This document shows, piece by piece, positions 30,978-34,530 of a stretch of DNA of 34,530 bases; the first letter of the stretch is position 1, and every line of letters starts with the position of its first letter. This DNA is from Thermoleophilia bacterium (GTDB lineage: Bacteria; Actinomycetota; Thermoleophilia; Gaiellales; Gaiellaceae), in the NCBI GenBank assembly GCA_025935275.1, contig JAICVP010000001.1:1-34530 (forward strand). The letters are read 5' to 3'. The notes below the pieces were generated by a model. The model was not told the DNA's origin, did no database searches, and was given only the letters and a program-made list of their open reading frames with translations. A program made the translations under genes and the position numbers.

Positions 30978-32720
30978 CTACGCTGCCCAGGACGCGGCTG
31001 CCCAGCTCGCCGCATTCCAGCTCGCGGCGGCCCAGGAAGCAGTTGCCCACGAGGCGTTGTTCCAGGAGGCCGAAGACCAGCTGGCGTTCGCCCAGGAAGC
31101 AGCAGCCCAGGAGGCCTGATTCCAGGAGGCGTTCGCCCAGGAAGCCTGGTTCCAGGAAGCCTGGTTCCAGGACGCCTGGTTCCAGGAGGCGTTTGCCGTT
31201 GCGTTGTTCGCCCAGCTCGCCGAGTCGAAGGTCACGCCACCGGTTCCGTCGGAGCCGACGAACTGGTTCAGCGCGAGGTTCGGGTTCGGCGGGTTCGTGA
31301 CGTCGAACGCGCCCTTGGCGTTGACTTCGCCGACGCCGAGCCCCATGCCGGCGGCCGTCGGGCGGGCGCTCAGCATGAGCGCGCCCTTGACCTTGTCCGG
31401 GGTCCAGGTCGGGTTCTTGGCCAGGATCAGGGCCGCGGCGCCGGAGACGACCGGGGCCGAGAACGACGTCCCGGACATCCACATGTACCCGGGGGCCGTG
31501 ACACGGTTCGGTGCCTCGAGCGCCATCGTCGACAGCGACGGAACCGGGCCGATGAGCTGGCGGCCGGGAGCGCCGATGTCGGGCTTCGAGAAGCCGTCGA
31601 GCGTGTAGCCGAAGGCCGACCACGGAGCCACGGTGTCGTCAGCCGACGTGTAGCCCGTGCCGTTGGTGTCGCTCGCGCCGACGGTGATCACGAAGGGATC
31701 GTTGCCGGGCGCATAGGCGACCGTCGTCGGCAGGCCGTCGACTCCGTAGTTGCCGGCTGCAGCGACCACGACCACGCCGTTGAACCAGAGCTTCTCGACC
31801 GCCTTGTTGAGCGGGTCGTACATGAAGCTCCCGGCCAGCGTCGACTGCAGCGAGAAGTTGGCGACCTTGATGTTGTAGGTGCGCTTGTTCGCCAGGATCC
31901 AGTCGGCAGCCGCGATGACGTCGCTCGTGAGCGCCATGCCGTTGTCGTCCATGACGTCGATCGAGACGATCGGAGCCGTGGGCGCCACGCCGGCATAGCC
32001 GCTCTTGGAGCCCGCGGCGATGCCCGCCACGAAGGTGCCATGACCGCGGCCGTCGCCGGTCGAGTTCGGGAGCAGGCCCGTCATCGTCACCGACTTGATG
32101 ACACGGCCGCCGAAGTCGAGGCGGCCCGCCTGCACGCCGCTGTCGACCACCGCGATCGCGGGGACGTTCAGCGGAGAGAGTGCCTGCCCGACGTAGAAGT
32201 CGGAGACGCCGGCCGAGTCGACCCAGGTCTGGTCGTTCGAGTACTGGGCCGACAGGCGGATCCGCGAGTCGAGCGTGATCGCGAGGATCCCCGGCCGCTT
32301 GGCCAGGTCGAGGATCTGAGCCCCGGTCAGCTGAGCGGAGGTGCCGTTCACGCTCGTGAACACCTTCTTGACGCCCTTCGCCTTGCCGGGCTTTGCGCTC
32401 AGTGAATTGTTCACCGACTGCGCGACCGTGGAGCTCTTCGTCCCACGGCTGCCCTGCACGATGACGCTGAAGACCTGGTTCGGGTGCGCCTGGGCCTCCG
32501 CGAGGAGGCTCGCCGGAACGAGAGCGCGCGCGGCCTGAACCGAACGACCGGAGCTGCCTGCGGTTGCAGCGACCGGAGCGGCCAGGGCGGCGACAAGCGC
32601 CAGAATCACAAAACCACGTCCGGGCTTGCCCCAGAGCGCGCTCGAACGAGACTCGCCCTTGGGCTTACCCCAAAGCGCACTGCCTCGCAAAGTCCCCCTT
32701 GTGCCGCTGCCTTGCCGCAT
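30978..32720 (-). CDS. Secreted S8 subtilase, paralogue 3, ending inside the xxASW repeat
   Basis: IAVVDSGVQ, GHGTFVAGIAAG and SGTSFSAPVVSGAAAL. Start at MRQGSG (32720), with GGAGGAAGGAA upstream. The longer track ORF (to 33566) is antisense to murT. Confidence 0.9.
   Translation of the reverse strand: MRQGSGTRGTLRGSALWGKPKGESRSSALWGKPGRGFVILALVAALAAPVAATAGSSGRSVQAARALVPASLLAEAQAHPNQVFSVIVQGSRGTKSSTVAQSVNNSLSAKPGKAKGVKKVFTSVNGTSAQLTGAQILDLAKRPGILAITLDSRIRLSAQYSNDQTWVDSAGVSDFYVGQALSPLNVPAIAVVDSGVQAGRLDFGGRVIKSVTMTGLLPNSTGDGRGHGTFVAGIAAGSKSGYAGVAPTAPIVSIDVMDDNGMALTSDVIAAADWILANKRTYNIKVANFSLQSTLAGSFMYDPLNKAVEKLWFNGVVVVAAAGNYGVDGLPTTVAYAPGNDPFVITVGASDTNGTGYTSADDTVAPWSAFGYTLDGFSKPDIGAPGRQLIGPVPSLSTMALEAPNRVTAPGYMWMSGTSFSAPVVSGAAALILAKNPTWTPDKVKGALMLSARPTAAGMGLGVGEVNAKGAFDVTNPPNPNLALNQFVGSDGTGGVTFDSASWANNATANASWNQASWNQASWNQASWANASWNQASWAAASWANASWSSASWNNASWATASWAAASWNAASWAAASWAA
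30981..31229 (-). repeat. In-frame 15-nt tandem repeats encoding (xxASW)n, 15 Trp
   Basis: Translation: FDSASWANNATANASWNQASWNQASWNQASWANASWNQASWAAASWANASWSSASWNNASWATASWAAASWNAASWAAASWAA followed by the stop. Confidence 0.85.
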
Positions 32721-32863
32721 GTTGGTCGTTCCTTCCTCCGCGCAACGCCGCGCGGGCCGCAGTTGGAATTCAGTCCGATGATCGGCGCCCGAGGGCCGTT
32801 CACCCCACCTCGTTCGAGGGAAAGCGGCGAACTTCACTCGTTCGAGTGACCGAAGAGCGCCCG

Positions 32864-32869
32864 TAGACT
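32864..32869 (+). promoter_or_regulatory. -10 hexamer placed for a leaderless murT transcript
   Basis: TAGACT (a TANNNT match), then 7 nt to GTG 32877. No Shine-Dalgarno sequence in between. Confidence 0.35.
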
Positions 32870-32876
32870 GGCTCCC

Positions 32877-34244
32877 GTGCGGCTCCGAGTCGAAATCGCC
32901 CTCGCGCGGGCAGCGGGAAGTCTCTCGCGGCTCGCCGGGAGAGGCGGCGGCACCACGATTCCCGGGAAGATCCTCGCCACGGTGGATCCCGCCGCCCTGG
33001 GGACGCTCGCGGGACGGCTCCCGCTCGGATCCGCGATCGTCTCGGCCACCAACGGTAAGACGACGACCGCCGCGATGGTCGCCGAGATCGTGGGAGACCG
33101 CGTCAAGCTTGCACACAACCGCGCGGGCGCGAACCTCGTCTCGGGGGTGGCCTCGGCCCTGCTCTACTCGGACGGGGCCGAGCTCGGGCTCTTCGAGGTC
33201 GACGAAGGCGCATTCCCGGACATCGCGGGCCGCATCAGGCCGCAGGCGGTCTGCCTCGGCAACCTCTTTCGCGACCAGCTCGACCGCTACGGCGAGCTGG
33301 AGCACATCGCCGAGCGCTGGCGCACGGCGGTCGCGGATCTCGACCCCGCGGCCTGGACGGTCGTGAATGCCGACGACCCCCTTCTGACCGACATCGCACG
33401 CGGGCGCACAGAGGCCCTCCGGTTCGGGATCGACGACCCTTCCGTGGCGCGGGAACGCCTTTCCCACGCTGCCGACTCGAAGTACTGCCGAACGTGCGGC
33501 GCGCCGTACGACTACGCGGCCTCGTACGTGGGTCATCTCGGCGACTACCGCTGCCCGAACTGCCACGAGGCGAGGCCCCCGCTCGACGTCGCCGCGAAGG
33601 CGATCGCGCTCGCAGGCCTCGAGAGCTCGTCCTTCGACCTCGTCACGCCAGAGGGGACCCGCCGGGTCTCCGTCCCGCTTCCGGGGCTCTACAACGTCTA
33701 CAACGCGCTCGCCGCAGCTTCGCTCAGCCTCGTCCTCGGCGCGGGCCTCGACGACATAGAGGCCGGGCTGGGGCGGTTTCGGGCGGCCTTCGGCCGGTTC
33801 GAGCGCATCACGGCAGGCGACCGCACCGTCCTCCTGCTCCTGATCAAGAATCCCGCGGGTGCGAACGAGGTCGTGCGGACGCTGGTCGACGCGGGTGCTC
33901 CCGGACGGCTGCTGATCGCGCTGAACGACGACATCGCGGACGGGCGCGATGTCTCCTGGATCTGGGACGTCGATTTCGAGCCGCTCATCGGGTCGCTGCA
34001 GGAGCTCGTCGCGACCGGCGCCCGCGCCCAGGAGCTGGCTCTCCGCTTCAAGTACGGCGGCCTCGACCCGGCCAGGATCACGCTCCTCCCGGATCTCTCG
34101 GAAGCCCTGTCCTACGGAGTCGAGAGCACGCCCGCCGGCGGCGAGCTCGTCGTTCTCCCGACCTATACCGCCATGCTCGCCCTGCGCGAGATTGCGTCCG
34201 ACCAGGGCCTGGTGCGTCCCTACTGGGAGGAAGCCGTCGCGTGA
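32877..34244 (+). CDS. murT: Lipid II isoglutaminyl synthase, Mur-ligase-like subunit MurT
   Basis: P-loop VSATNGKTTTAAMV. Cys4 ribbon CRTCGAPYDY...YRCPNCH. A DUF1727-like C-terminus. Followed by gatD with a GTGA overlap. Confidence 0.9.
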   Translation: MRLRVEIALARAAGSLSRLAGRGGGTTIPGKILATVDPAALGTLAGRLPLGSAIVSATNGKTTTAAMVAEIVGDRVKLAHNRAGANLVSGVASALLYSDGAELGLFEVDEGAFPDIAGRIRPQAVCLGNLFRDQLDRYGELEHIAERWRTAVADLDPAAWTVVNADDPLLTDIARGRTEALRFGIDDPSVARERLSHAADSKYCRTCGAPYDYAASYVGHLGDYRCPNCHEARPPLDVAAKAIALAGLESSSFDLVTPEGTRRVSVPLPGLYNVYNALAAASLSLVLGAGLDDIEAGLGRFRAAFGRFERITAGDRTVLLLLIKNPAGANEVVRTLVDAGAPGRLLIALNDDIADGRDVSWIWDVDFEPLIGSLQELVATGARAQELALRFKYGGLDPARITLLPDLSEALSYGVESTPAGGELVVLPTYTAMLALREIASDQGLVRPYWEEAVA

Positions 34245-34530
34245 AGCTCGTCGTCGGTCACCTCTATCCCGAGTACCTCAACATCTACGCGGACCGGGGC
34301 AACATCGCGGTGCTCGAGCGTCGCAGCGCCTGGCGCGGAATCGAGCTCGACTACCGGACGATCGGCCTCGGCGAGCGGGTGCGGCCCGGAGAGCACGACC
34401 TCTACTATGTCGGCGGCGGCCAGGACCGCGAGCAGGCGCTGATCGCGCCCGACCTCGCCGCCAAGGGCGACGCGCTGCGGGCCGAGGTCGCGGACGGAGC
34501 GGCCCTGCTCGCGGTGTGCGGCGGCTACCA
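34241..34530 (+). CDS. gatD: Lipid II isoglutaminyl synthase glutaminase subunit GatD (CobQ-type GATase); 3' end off the window
   Basis: VKLVVGHLYPEYLNIYADRGNIAVL...YYVGGGQDREQ...LLAVCGGY includes the nucleophile Cys. Confidence 0.85.
   Translation, partial: MKLVVGHLYPEYLNIYADRGNIAVLERRSAWRGIELDYRTIGLGERVRPGEHDLYYVGGGQDREQALIAPDLAAKGDALRAEVADGAALLAVCGGY

Noticed and set aside
27164-31229. Short regular DNA repeats that could be mistaken for a CRISPR array
   Set aside because: The units are 15 nt, contiguous with no spacers, in frame, and inside three protease genes. They are coding tandem repeats.
29591-32405. Plus-strand ORFs 29591-30844 and 30945-32405
   Set aside because: They are antisense shadows of proteases 2 and 3.
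32721-33566. Extension of protease 3 to an 862-aa ORF
   Set aside because: The extension is antisense to murT and has no signal or protease features. The paralogue alignment fixes the start at MRQGSG (32720).

Overview
High-GC, gene-dense bacterial chromosome segment. Gene content and promoter style suggest Actinomycetota, possibly a deep-branching lineage such as Thermoleophilia or Rubrobacteria; this placement is inference only. I support about 37 protein genes. Many long ORFs in the track are antisense shadows typical of high-GC DNA, and I rejected them. Layout: (1) 1-8 kb is housekeeping: TrpB2, an amidohydrolase, pgsA, a nucleotidyltransferase fused to a degenerate phosphohexomutase, then a tightly coupled operon of small coiled-coil protein, zinc-ribbon FHA protein, MerR regulator and apt. 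(2) 8-12.4 kb holds hypothetical and membrane proteins, an EamA transporter and a membrane-anchored putative glycoside hydrolase. (3) 12.4-16.5 kb looks accessory: an Xre/RES toxin-antitoxin pair, then a visibly lower-GC, ORF-poor islet. The islet contains a ~790 bp hairpin-dense non-coding stretch, an NTF2-like gene, a secreted protein and a small secreted Cys-rich peptide. (4) 16.5-26.9 kb is regulatory: a NarL-type two-component system, a GAF plus degenerate-GGDEF protein, two RpoD-like sigma factors flanking a PHP-type phosphatase, a stand-alone Ntn amidotransferase, a HEAR-repeat protein, and a large membrane GGDEF plus HD-GYP hybrid. (5) 27-32.7 kb is a tandem array of three paralogous secreted S8 subtilases. 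Each has a twin SALWGK motif before the signal anchor and a C-terminal tail of 12-15 pentapeptide xxASW repeats encoded by dyad-containing 15-nt DNA repeats. (6) murT-gatD lie at the right edge. The most unusual items are the subtilase array, the ORF-free structured region at 13.3-14.1 kb, an RsiG-like single-motif coiled-coil protein within a c-di-GMP/sigma-factor-rich neighbourhood, and a CECG motif recurring in three otherwise unassignable proteins. No rRNA, tRNA, CRISPR array or intact transposase was recognised. All family assignments rest on motifs read by eye and recalled from memory; no searches were run.
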